A model generated the notes under the pieces. That model saw only the letters and a program-made list of their open reading frames with translations. It had not been told where the DNA came from and made no database searches. DNA of 63,323 nt, the filler included, from Welwitschia mirabilis (taxonomy: Eukaryota), in assembly GCA_051453625.1 (NCBI GenBank). It is 7 parts of one record of this genome, joined end to end, with 100 filler letters (N's around TTAATTAATTAA, not from the genome) between each part and the next. Parts side by side here need not be neighbours in the genome. Positions count along the whole stretch, not along the records: positions 1 to 8,002 come from JBOZIK010000001.1; positions 8,103 to 23,641 come from JBOZIK010000001.1; 5 more parts are not named here. One strand, written 5' to 3'. The position numbers were made by a program, and so were the translations under genes. Numbering within the stretch: position 1 is the stretch's first letter; each line of letters starts with the position of its first letter. Of the stretch, positions 1 through 12,500 are shown one piece after another.

Positions 1-2554
1 GGCGTTTAGTCGCCACCAAATGAAACACTGCTTCTCACTAAAGAATGCAATGGGCCTTCCTTCTTGACTTGATGCACCTCCAATTGCTATTCCATTAGCA
101 TCACACTCCACCTCAAATATTTTCTGATAGTCTAGTAATGCAAGAATAGGCTGGGATGATATTTTCTTCTTTAAAAGTTGAAAACCTTCTTCGGTTGCTT
201 TTTACTAGTAAAATGGTTTATCCTTCTTGGTGGTGGCCAAAATGGAAACACATATCTTTGAGAGGCCTTGAATAAATCTTCTCGAGAAGCTCACTAATCC
301 ATGAAAGCTTCTAACTTGCTTTGCATGTTGTGGAATAACCAATTCTTTAATGGCTACCACCTTCCTGCCAAGTTTAGTTGCCTAAAGACACTAACTCTTC
401 CTCCATTAATCTGTGTTTATTTAAATTTGCAAAAAGCTGCTTTTCTTTCAACCTTAACAACACCATTTTCTAGTTTTTTGAGTGTTTTTCTTTGCTACTA
501 CTATATATCGGAATATCATCAAGATAAACTACTGCAAATTTTCCAAGAAAATGTTTTAATATCTTTGTGAACATTCTCATAAAAGTGCTAAGAGCATGTG
601 GCAATCCAAATGGCATAATGAACTAGTCTTCCATTCATGTCCTTCTTTTACATGAATTTGATAATACCCGCTCTTAGATCAATCTTTTTGAACTACTAAG
701 CACCTGCTAAGCTGTCCAAAATTTCATCCATTTTTGGCATTGTGAGTTGGAACCGAACAATGATTTTGTTGATGGCTCTTCAATCCACACACATTCTCAT
801 CTCTTGGTTGTCCTTTCTTGGTGTTAAAACCTTAGGTACAACATATGGGGACAAGCTTTCATGAATGAGTCCTTTGCCTAAAAGTTCTTGAATCTGCCTT
901 TGTATTGCCTCCCCCACCTTTGGTGTCATTCAATAGGAATCTTTGTTGGAAAGTATAGCTTTTGGAATGAGATCTAGTTGGTGTTATATGGCTCTCTTGC
1001 TAGATATTTCGAAAGGAAGTTCTTCCACCAAAAATGTTTGCAAATTGTTGTTTCAACTTTAGGAATCTTTTGTTGCACAACTTGTGTATTTTCTTGTGCT
1101 CGTCTTATTACCACTGCCAATGCATATCTCTCTTCCTTTGTTCAGTAAAGAATCTCCTTTCCATTTTGGTGGCAAATGTCTGAAAAGTGGTTATCGTCTT
1201 TCTCTTGTAATGGTTCCAACCTAAATCATTTGCCATTTTTGTTGACAGAAAAGGTATTTTGGACTCCCGTCATGCTTCCTTCACATATCAAATTGTCAAT
1301 GTCTTCCAAGCAAAATGTGGCATGCATCCATGGGTACTACATTATACAGGACTTGGTCATGACAATTACCCACATTAAAACTTACCAGACATTGTTCCTT
1401 CACTATTACATGACGCCTTATATGATGTGGGATGTGGCTTGTCTTCCAACCATAGTTTTCCCATCATTTCTGTGGAAACAAGATTGCTTGAGCTCCCACT
1501 ATCTATAATAACTTTGTGGAATTTGTTCTTGCATCTGCATCTTGTTTCAAAGAGTTTGCTCCTTTGGGATGGTGCTTCTTTCTTCTTTTGCCCTTGCATT
1601 AAAATCCTTTTCACTAACCAGTTCATGCCTTCTTCTCCTTTTGCAATTTCTTCTTGTATTTCTGTTGTTTTGTTCTCTTTATCTTGCTTAATCATTGCAT
1701 TTCTAGAGGTGCTTTTTTGTTTGGATAGTCCTAGGATTTAATTTCTGTTGTTTTGTTCCCTTTATCTTGCTGAAACATCGCATTTCTGGAGGTGCCTTTT
1801 TGCTTGGATAATCATAGGATTTGTGTCCATTCTCTGCATAAACGAAGCAAATAGGAGGGTTTTCCTTACCTTCACTTGTTCGTCTTTTTGCTCTTCCCCT
1901 CAAAGAAGAGGTTTCTTCTTGAGTTGTCCTCATTCTTCTTTGTTGGTCTTGTGGTTTTCCTCTACCTCTACCTCTTCTGTACCCGTTTTTCTTGTTTTGC
2001 TTACTTGATTTCTTTTTTGTTTCTCTTCTACTTCTGAAGCATAAAGATATGCTTCCTCAATAGTTTTGGAAGTGCTCATAGCCATTTCCTATTGGATGGA
2101 GAATCTTAACCTGTTAATGGACCTTCTATTCTCTTCTTTCACAATTCCAACGTGTTCAGCATAAATAACACATTGGTGAAATGCTTCCATGTATTCTTTG
2201 ATAGTATTGTCTTGTTGCTTTAAAATTTCATCTTTCTTATGGCATCTATCTTATATGTTGGAACCAAAAACATCTCCTTCATCTTTCTTTTCATGTTTTC
2301 CAAATCTTGGATTGTGTACAATCTCCTTTCTTCTTGTTAACTTTTTGTGTCCTTTGGAAAGTTTCAAGGAGTCTTCTTGTGGGCTTTTTTGTTTTCTCTT
2401 CTTCTCCACTTTCCTCTTCCCAGTTGTTGGTACTGTTTGTTGGATTCCCAAATATCTCTAGAATTTTTCCAGGATTTATCTTCTTTGCCATCTGCTGTTC
2501 TCGTGTCTTCATTCTCTTGTCCAAATCCGTTATGGTGTTCCTCTTAGGTGCCAT
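1..2554 (-). mobile_element. Degenerate Ty3/Gypsy LTR retrotransposon gag-pol, chromovirus CRM-like (gag, protease, RT, RNase H start; runs off the window edge)
   Basis: Minus strand: gag start MAPKRN (2554) and degenerate zinc knuckle ICFVYAENGHKSYDYP (~1810-1860). Protease region QRSKLFETRCRCKNKFHKVIIDSGSSSNLVSTEMMGKL..KPHPTSY resembles the CRM-type motif. RT motifs MRMCVD.RAINKI, KIDLRAGYYQI and VVYLDDI (~510-530). RNase H FEVECDASGIAIGG (~75-120). Many stops and frameshifts. Confidence 0.9.
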
Positions 2555-3253
2555 ATAGGCATGAGAAGTATTCAACACTATAATTAAGTTTCGGGGACTT
2601 AACTTTAGGTCATTTTTATAAGGAATAAACTTATATTTTTTTGATGTACTGGGGAGTTATTTGTTATAATCTTAATTTGACTTTTGTGGAAAGGCCAAAA
2701 AAAAAAGAAAAGAAAAGAAAAGGAAAAAAAAAGAAAAAGAGAGGTATATAAGAAAGAAGGCTGGCTCATTTGCAGATCATCCAAGCGGAGGTGGATCTCT
2801 AGCTCTCTAGAGAGAAGGAGCAAAGGCATGAAGGGAGGAAGGAATGTATGAATGAATGAAGACTCCTATACCATTGTTTGCTTCATGTATGAAGGAAAAT
2901 CAGATGTTGCTGCTGTCTTATACATGAAGGAATGTATTACCTTAAGGTTGATTTGTAAAATGAATTCTGATTTGAATTTGAAACAACTTGAAGACCGATT
3001 TGCTCCTCATATTCTTCCTTTTTGTTGTTGATTTAGTTATGTATGCTTGCTGGTTTCGAACTGCTACATTTTCCCTGATTCATAATGATTTTGAGAAGGA
3101 AGACGGAATTAATAGTGTATTGGCATAGATGAAATCTGTCATCGATTCTATGCCCCTTTTTTTTGATTCACTATTTAATTCATCAGATTTCGAGTTCATT
3201 TCTTTACTAGTGAGTTTCTTGAACTGGTAACAAGATCAAATTTGACAAATTTC

Positions 3254-5291
3254 TGTTAGAAAACAGTGAGCAAAGATAGCAAAGAAAACTACAAGCAGGT
3301 TAAATGAGGTTCAAGACCTCAAACAAGGCAAAACACTTTATTAGATTATCCAAAGGCATCTTGCACATCTTCCCCAACCCATGCTTCCTCTTTATGGTCT
3401 CATTTTAGGGTTTCAACCCTGTTAAAACTTTTAACATCGAATCAACTCCCAACCAACATACATTACATAAAAATAACTTTTATGACTTTGTGAGGGTAAA
3501 GACCGTTTTAGCCAATTTAAAGGAACATAATAAAAGGGGAAGGTTTGGCATCACTTTTCTAACATTCTTCCACTTGAAAACAAATTTGATTAGTTTCTAA
3601 AAAGGCAAGAGCAACATCAACAAATAAAAGAGTGATGAACAACAACATTACCATCCAACACAGCTTGTTCACTGCTAACCACAACAAACAAAAACAATCA
3701 AACATGTAGAAGAACAAATGGGGTGCACACCACCTTCTGAGGAATATCCCTACAAAGGAACATCGAAATTCTTGAGCCATATAGACAGGAGATAGTACCA
3801 TATTAGAACTAACAGGTACAACTTGCAACACATACCCATGTAGTCTTGAACCAGTCAATAACAACTTGACATACACTAGATAGAACAAACACTGGCAAAT
3901 GCACAAAGAACTCCAATTGGCCATAGGTTATGATTGTAGAAGAAAAAGATCGTACATAGCCCACTAGCATTAAAGCACATCATCTTCTTCTACAGAAACG
4001 TTACGAACTTGTCAAAGTTTCATGGTCATTTGTACTAAAGGAGGAAACATCCTTTTTAAGTTTTGGGCAATTCTTTTTCACATGTCCAGGTTCCTTGCAA
4101 TGCTAGCATCTGGAAGGTTTCCTTTTTGGCTTGCTCGCTGCTGCTTCTAACAATCAAAACCTCACTTGTAGATGAACCATCAATATTGGTTGAATGACAA
4201 AGTTCTTTACCCAAAACAACACCAAGCGTCTCTTCAAAGCAGTGCATAACTAGAGTATTGCTACTCAATGTCACCACAAGATTGTTCCATGATTCAGGCA
4301 TTGAGCTTATGAAGGTAATTGCCTTGTCCTCATTAGAGACTCTCAACGCTATTGTAATCATTTGCGAAAGGACAGAGTTGAACCATTGCAGATAATGGGC
4401 CATGCTTTGATCTGCTTCAGGTTTCATATGATGCAACTTCCAATGGAGAAAAAGCCAACTTGTTTGTGGTTTTTGCCTCGTAGAGATTAGTTAACTTCTT
4501 CCACAAGTCATGCATAGTCTTTTCACTATACACATATCTAAGAACTGAATCATTCAGACAAACACGAATAGCATCCAAAGCTTTGTGTTCCAACTTGGCC
4601 CATTCATTTGAAGATATAGAAACTAGCTTATTAGAGGATCCTTGTATAGGCGGCATTAGATCTTGCTCATGTGAAAGGTCTATTACCTTCAGTTTCCGAA
4701 GCTCATAGTTCTTATGGTCAAATCAGAACAACATTCTTCTCCATGTTGCATGTGGCTTCCACTCAAACAAGAATCATGAGTTTGCAAATAAAAAATCTAC
4801 CTTAAAAATGAGCCATCGAGAACAACAAAGCAAAGCCTGGTTGCTTTCTTTGCTTACTCTATTCATTCCACTCTGTCATCTTCTTCCGCTTTGCTCTACT
4901 TGTCAGTGTGTGGAGCTATACAAAAACTTTTGCAAGAAAACCCTATGCTTCAATCCACAACCAAGAGCTCTGATACTGCTTGTTAGGAAACAATGAGCAA
5001 AAATATAAAAAAATACTGCAAGCAGATTGAACAAGGTTGAAGACCTCAAACAATGCAAATTCTTTATTAGAACAGCCAAAAGCATCTTACACATCTTCCC
5101 CAACCCATGCTTCTTTTTTACAGACTCATTTTAGGGTTTCAGCATTAAAAAAACATTAAACATTAGCTCAACTGCCAAATCACGTAAGTTACATAAAGAT
5201 AACTTTTACAACTTTATGAGAGTAAAGACTCTTTAAGCCAATTAAAAGGAACATAATAAAAAGGGGAAGATTTGTGTTCACATTTCTAATA
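3254..5291 (-). mobile_element. Short non-autonomous Ty1/Copia derivative with two LTRs and only a gag remnant (TR-GAG-like)
   Basis: Two diverged 311-bp direct repeats, 3254-3564 (TGTT...AACA) and 4981-5291 (TGTT...AATA). Degenerate tRNA-iMet PBS (gctctgatact, ~4967-4977) next to the right LTR and PPT (ttcttccacttgaa, 3565-3578) next to the left LTR. Internal Copia gag remnant (KALDAIRVCLNDSVL..DLWKKLTNLYEAKTTNKL; DKAITFISSMPESWNNLVVTL). No RT or integrase seen and no clean TSD. Confidence 0.8.
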
Positions 5292-5746
5292 ATCAAAATG
5301 GGGCAATGCCACTTGAAAGTTTTTAAGAATACAAACAGATATGAGCAGACATCACATGATATTCTCCTCAGTGGCCTAGGGGATATAGGTAGAAAAGATT
5401 TTGGGCAATGAACTGACAAACTCTAAATAACTCTTAATCCCAGTACTCCCTTTTTCTAAAGTTACAATTTTCATTTAATAATAGCAACCTAAATCTGGTT
5501 TTATAATCTAAACATCTACAACCACATCAGCCAGCTTAAAAACATAAGAAACAAGGGAATAAAATAGAATTTCACTTCACATAATAAAATTATGTTCCTA
5601 AAAAATGCGAGAATGATATTTGTTTTGCTGACCTACATTTGTCATTTGTCTTAGAGTGATTAGAACTAATGTGGTTCTCTGCTAATGTTGTTTTTGTTAT
5701 CAGTGGCTTATGTTACTGAAAGGAAACTTTTTCTTCTTTTGTGTAG

Positions 5747-5864
5747 CATGTCTACGCTGAATACGTAAAGGGCTATTTCTTAGGTACATTTGGAGTAGCT
5801 ATTGAAGCATATGACCAGGAAGCAATGAAGAACATAACTGCAGATCCCTCCAGTGATGTGCAAG
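5747..5864 (+). CDS. Serine carboxypeptidase S28 family protein (EDA2/At4g36190-like), internal exon A
   Basis: Acceptor tttgtgtAG (5745-46) and donor GTgagt (5865). Translates HVYAEYVKGYFLGTFGVAIEAYDQEAMKNITADPSSDVQ-G and is phase-compatible with the next exon. Confidence 0.88.
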
Positions 5865-5976
5865 GTGAGTTGTCTTACTATTAACAGGAAAATGGATCGT
5901 CTACTACATTGTTTTTAATGGTAATCTTAACAAGGATACTTGTTTGATTCCTAAGTAGTGATGGTTGTGTTTTCAG

Positions 5977-6073
5977 GTTCTCGTCTATGGTGGTACCAGG
6001 TTTGCACAGAATTTGCTTATTTTCAGGTTGCCCCCAAGAATGACAGTGTGCGTTCTTCAAGAGTAAATGAAAA
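5977..6073 (+). CDS. Serine carboxypeptidase S28 family protein, internal exon B
   Basis: ttttcAG acceptor and GTaaat donor. Translates GSRLWWYQVCTEFAYFQVAPKNDSVRSSRVNE-K, containing the S28 hallmark W.YQ.CTE. Confidence 0.95.
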
Positions 6074-6982
6074 GTAAATAACTGAGGCTACTTCTTTCCT
6101 GTTTCTGATGTCCATATCCTTATGCAGATCAATTCAACTAAAAAGATGAAAATTTATGGTTGCATCAGATTATAATTTTTATTTTGAAGTCATTCTGAAG
6201 TGAGTGTAATATTGATTGCCTATAACTTCTTTCGAGTTCTGATTTTTTTTCGTCAACCAACTATAAAAGCATGTAGGGCTTGAGGATTAGAGATTTTATT
6301 TGAAATTGCAAATTTTGGTTCTCTCTATGGTACATCTTGTGGCTTTCTACAGAACAGTCTTGTAAGTTTTACACAATTCTTCACAACAAATATTTTGACT
6401 TTTGATTTGTATAGCTATGAGTTTTACATCTTGGCATTAAATGAAACTGAAAGTTTTCTCCTATCTTCTTTATGAACGTTCTTTTCTATTGCCAAATTTA
6501 GTTTCTATTTTATTATTCTGTATGTATATACACTGAAGCATACAAGGAAACTTTATTCCTTAGCATTTTGTAGTGAACATTCATAGATTTGGAAAACTGT
6601 CATCTTTAACGTCTGGAGGGAAGTGTGAAAAGCATTAAATGATGGGACTGTTAGACACAGATATGACACTATGTAAAGTATAACAGGTCTATTTAACTAA
6701 TATATCAATGGGGTCTTTAAAGAAGAAATATTTTGAAAGTCGCACAGCAATTGAAACCAGAAGTGAAAATAAAGTTTTCTTATTATGCATTTGCTACCTG
6801 TATTTTTCTGTTAATGTTTTAGGTAATGGATCCCTGTTTTAATGTTAAGGCATTAAAATATCAGGACTTTTAGAGAGTGAGCGAAACATGGGATTCGTTT
6901 TTGTTTCCTTCATATGTTTAAGGCATTGTTTTTAGTGTTTTGATGGTGCTTGTTTTGTGCTTTCGGTCATTGATATTGTTAG

Positions 6983-7077
6983 GTATCATCTGGATCTTTG
7001 CGAAAATGTGTTTGGAACGAATTTAATTCCTGAAGTGGATGCAACAAACCTATATTACGGTGGCACACAAATTGCAG
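6983..7077 (+). CDS. Serine carboxypeptidase S28 family protein, internal exon C
   Basis: ttgttAG acceptor and GTgaac donor. Translates YHLDLCENVFGTNLIPEVDATNLYYGGTQIA-G (embedded in ORF 6957-7208), with the TN.YYGG motif of S28 peptidases. Confidence 0.95.
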
Positions 7078-9345
7078 GTGAACTTTCTTCTTTACCAAAT
7101 TTATATTCTTTCATAAGTAAACTACAAGGAGTTTTTAATTTCATTTATTTTCTGTATTTTTTAATATTGTTATGCAGAGTTATTCTAGTATTTATCATCA
7201 CATCATGAGTGAATAGATAAATGAAACCTAGGAATTGATAGACATGATGGTTGGTTAAAGTCTGAAAGATTTTTTATTGTCCATTTTCTTTTTGAGAAAA
7301 ATGCAATAATAACATCTGTAGCAGGCCAGCGTACAAGAGACACGTTCTGTAACATTAGTGTTTGGCGATCATCCTAGAGATTAATAAGGAGAAACTGTGT
7401 TAGAAATATAATTGTGTCTTGTTTGATCTAGAAGGCCATGCCATGTTCAATGATTTTGTAGCAGCTTCACTTCCAAAACTTGTTTAACTTCATTTGTTTG
7501 TATGATTTTGTATGTATTTGTTGGGTACCAACATGACCCTTGATGCTGGGGGACCCCTTTTTCCGTCTTGCTTAACCCTCTTTCTTTCTTTGCCCCTTTT
7601 CTTTCCTCTTTCTCTGTCTTTTTTCTCCTTTTTTTTCTCTTTCTTTAATCTTTCTGTTTTCTTCTTCTCTCCTTCTTTCTCCTTCCTCCTTCCTCCCAAC
7701 TAGATTCCACACCTAGGGCGTGGAATCCAGCCTCTCTTCAGCCCTCTACCTCGCTTCCCTCCCCCAGCTTTAGTCTTTAGCCCAGTCTCATGGGTCAAAC
7801 CTGGAACTTAGTTCCACTTTCTGCTCCAGGATTGGCCTTTGGTCTGGGTCTCCGGCCTCCCTACTTGACAAGAAGACGTCCTCTAGCTACCTTGACCATC
7901 TAGGATCGCACCTTGAACCCACTTTCATTCCCTCTTCTCTATCCTTCTCTTCTCTCCCTTATTAACTCAGTCGCCTCTTTTTTTCACTTCCCCTCAGGCT
8001 TCNNNNNNNNNNNNNNNNNNNNNNNNNNNNNNNNNNNNNNNNNNNNTTAATTAATTAANNNNNNNNNNNNNNNNNNNNNNNNNNNNNNNNNNNNNNNNNN
8101 NNACCCTTCTCTCTTGCATCCACTTTTCCCTTCTTCATCCTTTCCTTGCCTTCCCTCTCACCCTTTTCCTTTCCTTTGTTTCTCCCCTTTTTTTTCCCTC
8201 ACTCTTTGTCCTTTCTTTTCCTTCCTTCTCACCCTTGTCCTTTCCTTCCTTTCTCTCCCTTTTTTCTCACTCTACCTCACTTTAGCTAGATTCCATGCCA
8301 TGGATGTCAGATTCCATGCCAAGGGTGTGGAATCTCTCACCTCCTACTTGCCTTCTCCCCATTCAACTTGGCATCCCTTCAGAATCAAGTACCTAGTCCC
8401 CTACACGGTGCTACTTCACCTAAAGCTCAGTCCTTCAAGGGAGGATGTCACTCCTCACTTCTCCATCCAGTTCAACTTGTAGCCGGTTCCAAAAGAGTCC
8501 TAGGGTTATATCAAATCGTGAGGGTGCACTAGAATCAAGTGAGCGTGCCTGTGACATTATACCATTGGGTGAGTACCACCCTGATGCCTAGTAGGGTGAT
8601 TGTTGTTTTGGCAAAGTGGTCCTCTCTGGTATCATCAGAGTCCTGGCAGCTATCTGGCGATGCTTGACCAGACTTCCAAGCAGTATCTCAATTAAGGAAT
8701 CACAGCTAGCACAAAGGATGATTGAGGACTATTAGACGACAAGGAGAGGTTATTTGGGCCCCTTCTCTTCCATCATCATATTCATTTCCCATTCCTCCAT
8801 GTCACTCCCTCTTCTTTGTCTCCCATCTAAGAGATAGCCTTTTCCTCTCTCCCTCTTCTAGATCTCTATGCTTGAGAGGCCCTCTCTATGCTCTCTCCTA
8901 ATTCCCCCCACCCCCTCATCCTCCAATATTCTAAAGTCATATTTGACACTAAAGCTCCTCTCCATCTACACTAGATAGTGATCTCAGCTTCACATCTCTT
9001 CTTGACTCTGAGCCAGTTGAGGGTTCCTCTTGCCATGCGAAGAAGACTTGTGAAGACTATAGAAGGAGTCATTATCAACTGTGTAGTTTTAGATGATTTC
9101 TATGCTTTTGTATAATCTTTTGATTCGCTATTTCCAGTGATTTGTTTTTGTGATGTAACAACCTCTCCCTCTTTCTTATGTGTGAGAGGCCTATTTATGT
9201 TCTTCACCTCTCCGTTTTCAAGGGAGCGAAATTCTTTTCAGAGATTTAGTAATAGAAGTGCCCCGTTTTTGTCACTACTTTATTACTTACTATCTATATG
9301 CACAATAGAGAACATAGAGGAATTTAACCCATGTAACCCCCACCG

Positions 9346-9481
<136 letters not shown>

Positions 9482-9578
9482 GCGGGGAAGTGGGGAGGGG
9501 AAGGGAAGAGAGAGTTGGTATACCCTTTCTCGTCTTTCTTTGAAGAGCTGCGCTCGCTTCAAAATGGCCTTGGGAGGA

Positions 9579-12500
9579 GATCCAACAAGAACCTCTAATC
9601 CCAATCCCAGGTATGTTCCATACCCTTCATCCAACACCTTGGAAAAACTTAAGGACACCTCCTTCTTTAGGAAATACTCTTCACCCTTTTCCTTTATCTT
9701 TGTTTTCTTTTCTTTTGTTTATCAGAATAACTATTTTGTTTATCAGAATAACTATGAGGAATTACTCACACTAGGCCTAGCCCAAGCTCTAACCCTGTTC
9801 CTTGATTACTCTGTACCCCAAGGGGAATTACTATTGGGTACCTAATTTCCAGCCACCTTCTAAAACAAGTCTAGGGACCTCATTTTGGAAAGCAGACTTT
9901 GTTGTCCCTTCCAAGCTTAGGGAAGGGAATTTTCATCAACTCGTCCTCTCTGGTGCTACAAGGAGGCCTTCCACGAACCATTTCCCTGGTTCCCCACTAC
10001 AACACACAGTCTAGAAACCTTTAGCCGTTCAATGTGAGAGAGGCTGAAGAACCACTTCATACTTGCTTATTCTCATTGAGTTCCTCATTCGACGACTCTT
10101 CTTGTGAGCTATCTTTTACTGTTTCCCCACCATCTCCTGTTACTGATTCTCCACAGCCTTTCGCTTCTAACGCATCTAGTGTTCAACTTGTGCCCATGGC
10201 CAACCTGCCATCGTATATAGGTAACAACTAGCGACCCTCTCAATTTCCTTGATTACCACGTTTTACCCCTAGAACATGACAAGTTCCTTCAAGCCCGAAG
10301 CCCTCATTCTTCTCTTGCCCTAGGGGACAACATCACCACCTTCACGGGAGGATTGCTGTTCCTGGTTGTTTAGCATGAGGATGTTGTTGTCAGTTGTTTC
10401 TTCTTTATTCGAGGGGAGATGCACAACTTTGATATCTTTGTCTACCCTCTAGTTCCAGTAGCTCTTGGAATGACCTTATTCAGGTGTTTCTCCAACAATT
10501 TGAAGGGCAGACGTATCCAGAGACCCTATACCAATGCTTTGCAACTATTAAGAGAGAGCACACGGAGAGAATCTGAGCATTCAATAATAGTTTCTTGATC
10601 ATCTACAATAGACGTCCAATCCAGTACAAACAGTTGGCCTTCTAGGTCATGGTGGAATACAAGTTTGCTTTAAATAGGATGACTCGATTTTTCTTGGAGC
10701 AAATACCCAACATAAATAGTCTCAAGGACCTTATGAGTGAGACAATCCATCTCGAGAAACTTATGGCTGTTACCCTTTATGGTCATCCAAACCTAGTCAA
10801 TGTAAAGCATGTTGTTCCATCGCCATCAAACATCACACTGCTTCTATTTACTACTTTGAATGTTGCAGACCCTTGTTTATCTCAACTATGTTAATTACTA
10901 AGCCCCACTGCATCTGCAACACTGTCTTTTCTCTTGCCTACTCTTCCATTCCCTACTTCTACTGCTTCGCCTTAGACTACTACTACTTCTTCTTCTTTGT
11001 CTTCTCTTTCTTCTCATCCATCTCTTAATCCATTTCCACTACTTTTAAGCACGCTTGCCATCCACACAAGAGCCTTTTTCAGTTCAGAAGCAGACAGAGA
11101 GATACAAGCTCTTAGCAAAATGCTAAGCAAATTGACTCAAGATATGGAACAACATAAGATATCCTAGCAGAAAAGAGTCCAAGAAAAAGAAGAAAGGTCA
11201 ATTGGGAAGTGGTTTCCAAATCTTGCCCATGATCTGACAGGATCCTCTAATTCCAAACCCAGGTATGTTCCATACCCTTCACCTGACATCTTGAAACAAC
11301 CTAAGGACACCTTCTCTCTCAGGAAATCCTCTTTACCATTTCCCTTTATCTTTGTTTTCTTTTCTTTTGTTTATCATAATAACTATGAGGAATCACTCAC
11401 ACTAGGCCTAGCCCAAGCTCTAGCCCTGTTCCCTGATTACTCTGTACCCCCAGGGAAATTACCATTGAGTACCTAATTTCTAGCCATCTTCTAAAACAGG
11501 TCTAGAACCTCATATTGAAAAGTGGATGTTGTTGTCCCTTCCAAGCTTATGAAATGGAATTTTCATCAACACATCCTCTCTGGTGCTCCAAGGAGGCCTC
11601 CACGAACCTTTGTCCTGGTTCCCCAGTACAACACACATTCTAGAACCCATTAGTCATTCAGTGTGAGAGAGGCTGAAGAACCACTTTAGACCTTCTTATT
11701 CTCATCAAGTTCCTCATTCGCTACTCTTCTTGTGAGCTATCTTTTATTGTTTCCCCACCAACCCCTGTTATTGATTCTCCACAGCCTTTCGCTTCTAACG
11801 CATCGAGTGTTCAACTTGTGCCCATGGCCAACCTACCATCGTATATAGGTAGCGACTAGTGATCCTCTTAATTTCCTTGATTACCACGTTTTACCCCTAG
11901 AACATGATAAGTTCCTCCAAGCCTGGAGCCCTCATTCAGGTGTTTAGCATGAGGATGCCATTGCCAGTTGTTTATCCTCTATCCAAGGGGAGATGCACAA
12001 CTTTGATATCTTTGTCTACCCTCTAATTTCATGAGCTCGTGGAATGACCTTATTCAGGTGTTTCTGTAGCAATTTGGATGGGAGACATATCTAGAGATGC
12101 TATAACAATACTTTGCAACTATCAAGATAGAGCACACAGAGACAACCTAAGCATTCAATAATCATTTCTAGATCATCTACAATAGACCTCCAATCCAGTA
12201 CAAAACATTGACCTTCTAGGTCATGGTGGAGTACAAGTTTGCTTTAAATAGGATGACTCGATTTTTCCTGGAGCAAATACCCAACCTAAATAGTCTCGAG
12301 GACCTTATGAGTGAGACAATCCATTAGGAGAGACTTATGGCTGTCACCCCTTATGGTCATCCAAGCCTGGAGCCCTCATTCCTCTCTTGCCCTAGAGGAC
12401 CACATCAGCACCTTTACTGAAGGATTGCGGTTCATGGTTGTTTAGCATGAGGATGTCATTGTCAGTTGTTTCTCCTCTATCCAAGGTGACATGCACAACT

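Noticed and set aside
6957-7208. 83-aa ORF as a stand-alone membrane protein
   Set aside because: Only 6983-7077 is coding (S28 exon C). The rest is intron read-through.
8047-8058. TTAATTAATTAA palindrome centred in N-runs (also at ~23686, 37581, 44530, 49290, 61139)
   Set aside because: Artificial all-frame stop linker placed between contigs, not biological. It also means distance and continuity across these joins are uncertain.
7490-8482. Lys/Glu-rich and Phe/Leu/Ser-rich short ORFs
   Set aside because: Products of low-complexity CT-rich sequence, probably TE LTR or UTR.
8627-8642. PBS-like TGGTATCATCAGAG
   Set aside because: Imperfect match to the tRNA-iMet PBS, with no partner LTR to confirm the boundary.
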